Assembly: GCA_963693365.1 (NCBI GenBank)
Contig: CAVNZM010000008.1
Coordinates: 1,736,001 to 1,800,000, forward strand
Direction: 5' to 3'
Origin: Amoebidium appalachense
Taxonomy: Eukaryota; Protista; Ichthyosporea
DNA length: 64,000 nucleotides
Shown here: positions 52,124 through 64,000 of the stretch, one piece after another
How positions within the stretch are numbered: position 1 is the stretch's first letter
Layout: each line of letters begins with the position of its first letter
Position numbers and translations under genes: made by a program
Notes under the pieces: generated by a model
Database searches by the model: none
Told to the model about the DNA's origin: nothing
The model's input: the letters and a program-made list of their open reading frames with translations, nothing else

Positions 52124-53085
52124 GAGGCCGCAGGGAGACAGCACTCAGAGTGACTAACTCCGCACATCAAGTTAGCATCAAGCTGCGGGACGGTAGCTAC
52201 ATGCGGTTCAGGGGGTGTCGATTTGTACATCGATTTCCAGTATCAAGTATCAAGGATTCGGAACAGTTTCAACTACCACAAATATTTGTCTTGTTTTATT
52301 AATTTTCAACTATTCTAAAGTACCTCTCCTTAGTTTTGCATCAAAATGTCTCAGAGAACTATAATAAATTTGGCCTCTAGCCTTATTTTACATCACAGTG
52401 AGTGTCAAAACAGCCCCCCCTCAAGTGTTGGCATTCAAACGATTCAATAACGGGCGAACAGAGCCGATTGGCGGAAAGGCATGAACCACGATATTATTGG
52501 CCTATTTTTCATTAATATGAAGTTGATAACAGCCAATCAGACGCTCGAAGTGGTGCGTATCTAACCAATCATAAATGGCTGTGCCCTTTGCCTGCCGGCG
52601 CGTTCCTTGTCACGGTACACCTTGCACCCGTCTGTTGCCGGCAGCTCTCATCTCAGGTCCCCCTCTGTTTGCCAGAGTTGTGCGATACTGAGTTTTTCTG
52701 CCGTATAAGTGTCTCAATGTCTATGTCATAGGAGAAGAGAGTACAAAATTCTTTAAACAAGTGAAAGCCGGGTGTTGACACGATACACCCAGAACTCGGC
52801 AGCAAAAAAGTATCCTGCAGGTCACTAGAGCCGGCCGTCAGAACTCTGGGGCTGCACTGAATCACGACCGATTGTCCCATTCAATCAGCCATGTCATTGT
52901 GGGCCTGACCGATAGAACCTAGAACAATAAGATTCAAAAACAAAAACCCAAACAAGCAGGAATATACATTTAGCAAAACCTCAATTGCAGAGCCTGACAT
53001 CTAGCATCTGCAGAGATCCTCTGATCTCAATGCCATAGATATCATAGTATAGGTAGAATCGGATGCCCAGTGGCAAATTTCCAAA

Positions 53086-54279
53086 ATGTCAGACTACGAT
53101 TTCGACGAGGTTCTTAGGAACAGTGAGAAAAACATCAGGAGGAAAAGTGCAGAAAACCAGGATAATGGGGTCAAGAAAACACGGCCACTGGCTGTGCCCC
53201 CGACCTTCGATAGCCTGTTCAGGGACCCCTATGCGTCTGCTGACTTTAAACAGTACTTGGAGGTTGGTCCCCACAATCCCCGTTACACCCTCCATAGCAT
53301 AATATTCAACATCCCTTAAGCAAGCCGAAAGTACTTGATTAGAAATTTTAAAATATGAACTTCCCAAAAAAAAAAGAGAGAGAGAGAAAACAAATCCAGA
53401 CATCCCCACTTGCAACTGATAGGTGAGTCTTCAGAATCTGTGGGAAGTATTGAGTGTCAGCCATATTATGTCGTGGTACATGCCATATACATGCACTATG
53501 TTGGTTTCTCCGTTAGTCAATATTTCAGGTAAATCTATTAAGCTAGGAAAGGTCAGGACTGTTCACTCTGTCACCCACATGCATCACCACTTGCGACGAT
53601 GCGGTTATACCTTTCTAGGCTAGTTCAAAATGTGCATTGCAGGCACAAGTTGTTAGTTAGTAGTGCAAAATGTAGGCCGCTTTTATTCATTCAGTCTATT
53701 TGATCTAACCAGCGGGAAGGTCTATAGAAAACATCACAGAGAGTGTTGGAAGTGACAGATGGGGTGGGGGGTGGAGGGTGGGAGGGGGGGGGGGGGGGGG
53801 GGGGGGGGGCTGGAGTTGAACGTTTGCCAAGGGCAGCCGCTTTTGGGATCAGGTTCTAACTAGCGATGTGAGTGAGGTGTTGTTTGTACGGCGCTATTGT
53901 TGCCGCGTACGCACTCAGTAACTGGCGATGTGAGGTGTTGTTTCTACCGCGCGGCTTCATGTTTAGAGAAAAATGACTCACTTATGAAACTAGAAAGGGG
54001 ATTGCAAGTTAGGGCATAACCTAGACTAAAATATCACTATACAACTTCGGAATCCCCCCCCTCCCCACCCCCACCCCCCCCCCCTCCCCTTCCCGGGAAA
54101 AAAAGGAAGGAAAAAAAAGGAAAGAAAAAAAAAAACGTCTGAAAAGTGTATTACATGCGTGCTCTCATGCCACCCCTTTTACGATCCCTGATTTGAAACT
54201 TTGAAATGTCACTGTACTATGCCCCCCCCCCCCCCCCCCCCCCCCCGTCCGCCCCCATCCCCTCCCCTCCCCCCCCACC

Positions 54280-54321
<42 letters not shown>

Positions 54322-54343
54322 TACACACACACACACACATACA

Positions 54344-54381
<38 letters not shown>

Positions 54382-54425
54382 ACACAGGTGGACACATACA
54401 CAGACATATACACGCACACACCTTG

Positions 54426-54460
<35 letters not shown>

Positions 54461-54464
54461 CCGT

Positions 54465-54547
<83 letters not shown>

Positions 54548-54839
54548 ACACACACACGAGCGCGCAGTCAGCACAGCACGAAGCATACAGTAGATAACCT
54601 ATACTATAGTAAATGGATACATGAACATGAATAGTAATATGTAGATTAACGGATATTAACTGATAGACTTGAATTGCTGACATGAAAATAGACGAGCGAA
54701 TGCACGAGCCGGAATGAACAATTTGTTTTGTCCCCGCGACTTGATTGTATATTTCATAGTCCTTCAATGCTATGGCATAGATTGGCTTTTACCCCCCCCC
54801 CCCCCCCCCCCGCTTCCCCCACCCCCTCCCCCTCCCCCC

Positions 54840-54870
<31 letters not shown>

Positions 54871-55483
54871 ACACACACACACCAACGAAACAGTATCTGA
54901 GTTAGGTTTCGTTAACAAGATGAATGGGTCGAAACTCGAATACTGTGGATGACGTGGGGGCCCCCCGAGGATTTTTTCTGCTCGATAGTATTATACATAC
55001 TCTAGGGTTAAGTGTGGTTTGCACTTTGCAATGTGTTGCCCCTCATTAATGCAGTTTTGATACTTTGCAAACACATTCTAACACCCCCCCCCCCCCCCCC
55101 CCCCTCCTCCCCCTCCCCCTCCCCCCCAACAGCAAGAATACAACATGGAAAACTATGAATTCTACATGGCCGTCACAAACTTCAAACAGAAGGTGTCGAG
55201 GCATGAGCTCAGTGGGTTGCGCCAAAAACAGGTGGGCACGTGCCAGTGGCTTGAAAATACTCGCGTGGGGAGGGGGGGGTGGGGGGGTCACGAGCATTTT
55301 GTGTGTGCGTAAAGGTATATACATGCACACGGACATATGCACACACACGCGCGCACACGCACACACACACGCGCGTGTGCGTGCGCGTTTGCGCGTGCAC
55401 ACACACACCTACGCACACACACACCTAGACACACAAACACATACAAGCATGCATGCACACACGCGCGCGCACACACACACCGT

Positions 55484-55514
<31 letters not shown>

Positions 55515-55564
55515 GTGCACACACACACACACACGCACACGCACACGCACACGCACACGCACCC

Positions 55565-55608
<44 letters not shown>

Positions 55609-55622
55609 ATACACATACACAT

Positions 55623-55677
<55 letters not shown>

Positions 55678-57314
55678 AACACGCACACCGTGGCAAAGTT
55701 TTCAAATAACACATGCAAATCTACACGCAAACGTCGGGCAGAGTCTTACACATACAAAACTTAAAGGCACCTTTACTATTTCAATGGCTCTCCTTGAAAT
55801 TGGTGATTCCAACAGCACGCACAGGTCACAGACACACGTGCTCGCCAAACAGGCTCCTGTGACGAAAAGGGCGCAGTCTTTCAAGAAATGCATTCCATAC
55901 ACGTCTAGCCAATATGGCACAAAAGCACCGTGATCGGTGACACGCACACACATACACACCATTGTCGAACCCAGACACGCACAGGCCTACACACACACAC
56001 AATTCAGCGGCACATGCACACATGTGTTGCACACACATGCACGCGCACACACGTGCACACATATGCGCACAGTCAGGACACACACACACGCACACATTCG
56101 TATACACACACATACACACATGATACAGACAGACACACATGCACACACCGTGGCACACACACATACACAGACATAAACACAGGTCACGTGCACGGTACTA
56201 CACACACAACTCACATACAACAAGTATGACACCCATGCACCTTCGTCTACACATTGCATAGATGTGTCCATATCACATTCCCATACCCCATGCACTCTCG
56301 AGTAGCCCTGAGCATACAAAAAAAAACACAAAAAAAAAAACACGAAACACATCATATGATACAAGACACCACACCATATCCACGCACATCCAATCAGCAT
56401 GCACGTGCATGAAGACGTTACCTTTACGTGGGCACATGATATGGACATATGTGGCCTGGTTAGCCCACTGTCACTATCACCGAACACCATTGCACACCTT
56501 CATCTTATACCGCTTTCTTTAGTGGGGGGGGAGAGAGGGCAACCGCCCTATGATGAAAACACACACCTTCTCTGCGAGTGTCCCCAGCACCCTAACCCAC
56601 CATGTCGCAAACACAAAAACACACAAATGCCTGATTGTCACTCCATTCCCCCCCCCCCCCCCCACCCTCTTTAAGGGGGGTTCTACATATCATTTTTCTT
56701 TGTGAGTGCTCCTTTCTGCCTATTCCAATTGTGTTCATTTTGCAACCAGGTGCATCATACAGTGCACGACATTCTAACCCGCTCCCCCCCCCCCCCCCCC
56801 CCCAAAAAAAAGGCAGGGGGGAGAGGGGGGGGGGGGGGAGGGATGCGAACACTGGGCACGCTATTTCCCTTTTTCTCCCTAGCAATTTCATTTTGCTTGG
56901 TTATCCGGGCACGAATCGCACTAACACCCACCCCGGGGTTCTATTTTTCCGAAATCCGTTTGGTACTCACAAACACACTATCCCTGAAACCCACAATAGA
57001 GCTGACCCCCCCCCCCCCCCCCCCCCTCCCCTTTCATGCATAGGTGGTGGAAGAGATATGCCGAAAATACGTCGTTGAGGGGGGTCCAAGTGAAATCAAC
57101 ATCACAGCCTCGCTGCGTAAACAGACCGTACAAACCATTTTGGAGGAAGGCAAATACGATATAAACGTGTTTGGAGAGGCACAGTTGCACGTCTACTCGC
57201 TCCTGAAAAACGACATCTATCCCAGATACCAAAAGGTGGGCTGTGTGGATTACTAGGCACATGGACACACACAAAATCCACACACACACACTGCACACGG
57301 GCACCCCACGTGCC

Positions 57315-57389
<75 letters not shown>

Positions 57390-57584
57390 GAGGACACTGC
57401 AGATTGAAGATAAGCACAGACGCGCGTGGCGCGTGAGGATACGCACACACACACACACACATGTACACACACACACGCGCGCGCGCACACACACACACAC
57501 GCGCACAGACCGACACACACGTAAACACACACGCACACAAGCACAGGCACATGCAAGCGCACACAGACGCAACGACATGTAGAC

Positions 57585-57630
<46 letters not shown>

Positions 57631-57647
57631 GCACGCACACACGCACG

Positions 57648-57746
<99 letters not shown>

Positions 57747-60405
57747 GCGTGAGCACACACCGCACACACACACGCCAAGTGCACACGATCACACACACAC
57801 ACACATACAAGTACACAGGCCGGCGACTGCCCACCTCCTTCCTCCCCCCTCCCCCCCCACCCATCCGCCCCCTTCCCCCCCACGCACACACACACTGTCT
57901 CTGTCTCTCTCACTTTCTCTCACACAAACACACTTCACCCATATATAAAGCCAAAAAGTACATCTGGTTAGCCGTCAGGGATAGTTAATCCGGTGTATGC
58001 ACACCACTCCAAACAGACAGATAAGGACTGTTTATTCTCACCATCTGTTGATGTATAGCCAGTGTCCTCCCCCCCCCCCCCCCCCCCCCATCCCCCCCTC
58101 CCCCCCTGGTTCCTTAAAACCTTATAGCCCCTCTTGCTCCCTCTCCCCACCTCCTCTCCCCCGCCTCCGCCCTTCCCTCCCAACAACCAATCGATCAATA
58201 TATGAATCCACACATAATATTCGTCCATGTCCGTCCTTCTACTGTATATCTAAACATTTCATATGTTACTCGAGCATCTAGCAGAAGTTCATATATATCT
58301 CGTATATCTAATTTCCATATATCTAGGCACGTGATGAGGAAATTCGAGCATGGGAGGCAGCCAATGCACCCAAGGAGAAGGAGTCCAAGCTGTCCCGTGC
58401 ATTCCGCTCCTTTAACATGGGAAAGCAGAAGGCTGCAGGTTTCTTTAAACGGGCCGACAGAAAGCCGGGTATGTAACTGTGTGCTGAACCCCTCCTCCCC
58501 CCCAAAAAACTCCCCCCCCCTCCCCCCGCCCCCTGAGTTGGGTTTTAGTGCGCGAGGTGTGTTAATTGGGGTAGAAACTCGGTTTTTGCGATATGCAAGG
58601 ATGAATTGGAGAACCCTGAGCATAGATTCTGGTTATGATGCACAACTCTGTGTGTGTACCCAAAATCTGAATTGTGTTGCCCATCTTTAATGTGTACTTC
58701 TTACTCTACAACACATTCTAACCCGTTCTCCCTGTCCCCCCGGCCCCCTCCCCCCTCCCTCCCCCCCGTCCCCCCTCCCCCCCCCCCCCCCCCGTTCCTC
58801 CCCCATACCCCTCCCCCCACCTCCCTCCTTCCCCCGTCCCCACCCCACCTCCCCCCCCCTCCCCCTCCCCCTGCAGATGATACGTCAGATGATGACGTCC
58901 CATCCCTCTCCCCGGGCACCACCTACCACCGTGTCATGAGTGCACCTAGCAGCCCCCCTCCCACGGATTTGGGGACGTGGCCTCCCTCAGAAGGAGATTA
59001 CCCAACCACCCCATGTCGCAGAGTAGTGACAGTCTACTGAGGCAGGCACAGAGAAAGTCGTGGGGGGAAAACAATGGCGCCAAGGATGAGTAAGTGGGAA
59101 GGGGAGGGGGAGGGGGGGGGGGGGGGGGGGGGAGCCGGGCATGGGGAGAGGGGGGAATGGTGGTGGGGGGGTTGGGGAGGGGGGCTGGTTGCATACTGTT
59201 TTTGGGTTTTGGTTGTTGTTCGTGTGTATCTTTTTTTTGCTGTGCTCTTTTCTTTGATGCTGGATGTGGGATATCCCAGTGCACCTACACGTCCAAAAGG
59301 AGAAGAGATGTGCAAAAGTAAACATCAAGAGGGATGGAGTTGGCAACAGAAAGGTAGTGGGTAAATGTTTGATGTTTGTGTGGTGAGGCTGTGTTCAGGT
59401 GTGTCTCCCACGGCCACTGTGCACACGATCAATCATTTCCCTCCCTCAGTTATCATCCCCCCCCCCCCCCCCCCCTTCTCCTTACACCCCCACCACCCTC
59501 CACCCTCCCCCCTCCCCCCCCCCTCCCCCCCGCCCCCCCTTTTTTTTTCCTTTGTAGATTATTCTTTGTAGATTATTCTACGAAAAAATGTGGTGTAACG
59601 GGCATCTACTGGGCCACCTCCCACCTCCACCTCCACCTCCACCCGCCCCTCCCGCCCCTCCCCCCCCCCCCCCCCCCCCCCCGCTCCCCACCCACACACC
59701 CACATGCCCTTTTGTTGTATTGTCATGTTCACTTTTCAATGGGATTACTGATTGGCTACTTGTCACGTGTGCAGGTCACCGCACGACCCTCAAGACCCAC
59801 CGCCCAAGCCAGACGCCAGCAACCAATCACAGCCACAGCAACCAAACACAGAGCCCCAATCAGATTCCAGCCCACCACATTCCGAGTCCCCCCTACACTC
59901 TCTAGGAGGTGCAACGCGGTTCATCCAGCGATCAATCAGTGTACAGAGATCCGTCAGTATTCGAAGGACAATAATGAGGTATTCGGCAGGGGATGATAGG
60001 ATCGAGGAAATGCAAGGGGAATGTAACGAGGTTTCTGCATCCACACGAACAAGCCCCCTTGCGCGGTCTGTGGAAGAAAAGCATGCAACGTTTGCACCAA
60101 TGGAAGATTCGGGATTAGGGGATAGGACACCACCGCAATCGCTAACCCGATTGCGCGATTGCAGTGACAGCCAATCAAATTCAGCCCCTTCTTCTCCAGT
60201 TGTTGCGCGGGCGGTGCCTCGACGAATGGAAACACTTAAACGGATGGTGAGCAATCGCACAGCGGGAAGTTTTAGGCGGGAGAGGCAAGAAGGAGGTGGG
60301 TACACACCGCCAACAGATCATGTGTTTGAGTCAGATGATGAGGACCAATCAGGAACAAACGACACACAGACACAGAGGTTACCACCACCTGCGCAGTGTG
60401 CTTAG
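53086..60405 (+). CDS. RGS (regulator of G-protein signalling) domain protein with a long disordered C-terminus
   Basis: Exons 53086-53262 (FDSLFRDP....FKQYLE), 55133-55231 ([16 protein letters not shown]) and 57044-57235 ([12 protein letters not shown]...R...[21 protein letters not shown]) give a complete RGS box. Exon 58327-58468 follows in phase. Linkage to the exon starting at 58878 and to the Ser/Pro-rich exon 59775-60405 is likely, but the junctions are uncertain. Confidence 0.82.
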
Positions 60406-61279
60406 GGTTAACCCGTATGCATGCACACAGTAGTTGGATCTACTGTGCGCATATACATATGGCACGTAGAAGAAACCGAATTGCTAGGTATTACCGTGGA
60501 TTGGTGATATATGCACGGTGGGAGAGAGATAACTTAAACCAGCGCAGGCCTTAGATGTTGTCCCGTGTGGGATTTTTATTAAAGGTTTACATGAATATAC
60601 TATACCTCAGTATAGAATTAGGTATATATCTTATGATCTATCGAGAGCGTGGTGGTGGTGTGGTGATATTTTGAGTGTGTGTATACCGGGGGAGGGTTGG
60701 AGGGGGGGGGGGGGGGGGGGGGGGGAATGCTTCTACACAGTATTTTTAAATGTGTGCCAAATTATCGACACCACTCTCGGAAGGAAATTCCATCTCCCAT
60801 AGTGATGTTAGGCCATTACGTCAGTTGTCTCTTGATTATGAAATATGTGCCAGAGGAATTCTTGCACAAATATGGGCGACATGGCATGCACATGTTCCGT
60901 GGATTGTTTTTGTCCATAAGTCCTTGGTTTTTTTAATTGAAATATGGTAGCTACCTTACAGGTTACCACATATTATAAGAAAGTATAATATTATATACAC
61001 AGAGCGTGTGCTCTGGGCCGAACCATAGGCCAACTCATTTTTGATGGAAGTTACCATATCCTCAGGACCTCAGCTATCCGGGCCCCTGGCCAGTCCGTGC
61101 AACTAAGCAACTGAGCCCCCCCCCCGGGCCCAGCACCACCACCACCACCACCACCAAAAAAAAAAGAAAATAGAATAAAATAAAATATAATAAAAACTCC
61201 CCCCGCCTTCTTGCCCAACAAACACAAAACACACTGTGATCATCCAACCACTGCCTATGTACATGCCAGCAGCGCCCCC

Positions 61280-61311
<32 letters not shown>

Positions 61312-61906
61312 AAACACACACACACACACCCTCCTCCTTCACAAACGCCCTCCCCTCCCTTCCCTTCCCACCCTTAAGCCTGAGGCGCAGTGTAGTTCGC
61401 AAACTCGTTGCACCATGCCATAGGCTACGACAAATATCCCCCCCCCTCCCCCCATTCCCCCCACCCACCCACCCCACCCCCTCCCCTCCTCCGTCCCCAC
61501 TTTCCTCTCGGATTTGTGCAGGCCCCTCTCTTCCAAACGCTGCAAAGGCTTCTATTACGGGTGAATGGCTAGAGAAGCCCTTTTCAAATGGCAGAGAAGC
61601 CCATTTCAAATGGCATCTGATGGAACATGGGATTCTGGGAATCCTGGGATGCAATCCTTTTAATGAGCTGGACGGCCATCATACCACACATGAGTAAGTT
61701 GAGAGTTCTGACCTGATTCCATGTCTTCCCTGAGGAGTGTTCTTAAACATCAACTGCTTAGCACGATGAGGTGTGTTACATGATACGTCAAAACAGAGGT
61801 GTGGTACATGATGCGTCAAAACATAGAGGTATATGGTATGTATCTAACACGTACTGACGTGTTGCCGCACGTGCGACGTTTTAACATCTACTCAGGCGGC
61901 CCTTTT

Positions 61907-61941
<35 letters not shown>

Positions 61942-61945
<4 letters not shown>

Positions 61946-61969
61946 GGAGACACCGCCTCAGTAGGTGGT
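61942..61969. repeat. 28-bp hairpin-containing motif next to an A-run; identical copy at 49461-49488
   Basis: gaaaggagacaccgcctcagtaggtggt occurs at both loci, each preceded by an A-rich run. Confidence 0.9.
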
Positions 61970-62815
61970 GGGGTATGTATGGTGGTAGGAATTTTCGCAC
62001 GCTTTTCTCAGAAGGTCGCGCGATATCATTTAGTCTAAAAAGTCAAACTCTAACATTGTATACTTATTATAGGCTGCTTTGATTCCTGGCGGACCAATTG
62101 ATAATGATGACGTCGGCTTACGCTGATTGAGTGCTGCTGCTTGGAAACAGAGCCACAGCTGAGATAGTCGACGGTGTAGTCAGTATGTGTGCCAGCAGCA
62201 GAGTGACCTATATGTGCACGGAGTGAATGAATAATCGAGTTGTGGGGGCACTCTCAGTAACATTAGGTACCCACGCTCCATTCTTTGCTGTGGGCCTGCC
62301 GCTTTCCGTGGGGCTATGCAAATCATATGGATAAAGTAAGGCAAAGATAGAAGAAGTAAGAGGCCCACGGCCATAAAGAATAACACAACAGACAGCCGTT
62401 GTTTCTATAGACGAGGCGGCGTGGGAATGGCACCCGACTACAGTGATGGTTGAGTTTGGAGAGAGAGAAGGAAGGAGAGAGGCCTTGGTGCAAAGAAGAA
62501 AACATCAGAATGTCTAAGTACGATAAACAGGATGTTGTGCAGTAAGTTGGATCTCCCCCCTCCCCAATCCCCACCCGCCCTTCTCACTCCCTTTTTGTCT
62601 CTCCCTCTCTTCTCCCCCTCCCATACCTTTCTCCCTCTTCCCCCCCCCCCCCCCTCCCTCCCCCACTCCCTCCCCTACCATCTTTCAGCACTCCCCCGTG
62701 TCCATCACCTACACTCTCTCTCTGAGATCCCCAGCCCCTCCCTCCCTCCTCCCGCACACAAGTACCCTGCATTTGCACGCACAGACACGCACAAACACAC
62801 GCATACACACACTCA

Positions 62816-62856
<41 letters not shown>

Positions 62857-62869
62857 CGTTTTCTCTCTC

Positions 62870-62906
<37 letters not shown>

Positions 62907-64000
62907 CCCCCCCCCCCCCCCCTCTCCGCCTCTCCCCCGTCTCTCTCTCTCTCTCCCTCTTTCGCTCTCTCCCTCCCTGCATCCGCCTTCTTCTCCCCGT
63001 GCACCTATGTAATCCCTTCTCCCCCCTCCTCCCCCCCCCCTCCCCACACACACACACGTGCCCACCCACCTCGCTTTTGCTTTCCAGATCTTTCTACTCC
63101 CACAGCTATGCTGCTTTGCTTTTCGGGGACAAAGTGGTCGAAGAGGGGAAAACAGGTGGGGAACGCCAAAAACATTTGGTGTAGTTATTCTTGGAAATGC
63201 GGTAATGTTCTTTGCTGCAGAATTAAACATGACCGAGTTGTGCTCGTGAGTGCAGTATGGAACCAACACTACTACACGGCACACACAGCTAAGCAGGGAG
63301 GAAAATGAGGGCGGAAAAAATCAAGGAATTGTCAAGTGGGAGTTGCTGTGTAGATTGGAGGAACATCATGGTCTAGATGGAAAGAGCTAGAGATGACTGG
63401 AAGAGAAGCGAGTGGAAAAAAGGAAAGAAGAGGTGCGTGGGGAGTGGGGGGGGGGGGGGGGGAGGGGGGGCAAGGGAGGATAAGAGAAGGAGAATAAAAG
63501 AAGGGGGATAAGAGAGGGAGGGGGAAAGGGAGCAGCGGTTTGGGGAAGGAAGATAGATATTCTAAGGGTAGAGAACAACTTGATGGTATAAAGGGGAACA
63601 AAAAGTGACGAGAAGAAATATTGGGTATGTCAAATCGGGGAGAGGGCGGAGGTTGGGGGACTGGAGAGGGAGAGGGTGGGGGCGCGGGGAGGTTAGACAA
63701 AGGGCAGAGAGGGGTGAAGGGAGGAAGGGTGGGGGGAATGGGGGGAAAGGGGTGGGGGGGGGGGGGGGGGAGGGAAGGGGGGGGGGGGGGGGGGGGGGAG
63801 AGAGAGAGAGAGAGAGAGGAGACAATGAGATAGAGATGTATTGGTGTGTGGGTGGGAGGGGTGGATCGATGACTGTGGTGCTCTTCGTTATGATAGGATC
63901 CTTCAAGTCAAACGGCATTTTTTCAGTGCATGCATGATCAATTAGATTTATGTTGCTTGGTTTCACATTACCAATTAGAGGCAGGGCACAACTTTGGAAC

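Noticed and set aside
60402-60414. TTAGGG telomere-like motif
   Set aside because: It is an isolated single unit, not an array.
62180-63966. Possible minus-strand gene at the window end (hydrophobic stretch VLFFMAVGLLLLLSLPYF and other short ORFs)
   Set aside because: No recognisable family motif, and no consistent exon chain could be built.

Overview
Eukaryotic, intron-rich DNA loaded with microsatellites ((CA/TG)n, (CT/GA)n, poly-G/poly-C); most ORFs in the supplied track are translations of these repeats. By splicing exons by hand (GT..AG, phase-checked) I can reconstruct six spliced genes: a LURP-one/Tubby-C-like gene (+, 1464-4727); a large minus-strand gene in which at least four PAN/apple-like modules appear to splice in frame to a pectin-acetylesterase/Notum-family hydrolase (6456 to at least 18173; one clear and one possible frameshift); a DUF1624/HGSNAT-like membrane acyltransferase (-, 26969-30737); a 71-aa DASH/Dam1-complex Dad4-like gene (+, 32403-36283); a CDF zinc transporter with a long His/Asp loop (-, 37854-48263); and an RGS-domain gene (+, 53086-60405). 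Also present are a decayed non-LTR retroelement with no visible endonuclease sitting between (CA)n tracts (~21960-24591), a truncated intronless UPF0303/heme-degrading-domain fragment, a relic 3' end of an esterase paralog, and several MITE-like and tandem repeats. The most unusual signals concern splicing: a 10-fold tandem amplification of a 5' splice site, a perfect inverted copy of another 5' splice site, and introns bracketed by complementary (GT)n/G-runs and (CA)n/C-runs. The gene content would fit a unicellular opisthokont, but this is inference only. All family assignments come from motif recognition, not database searches.
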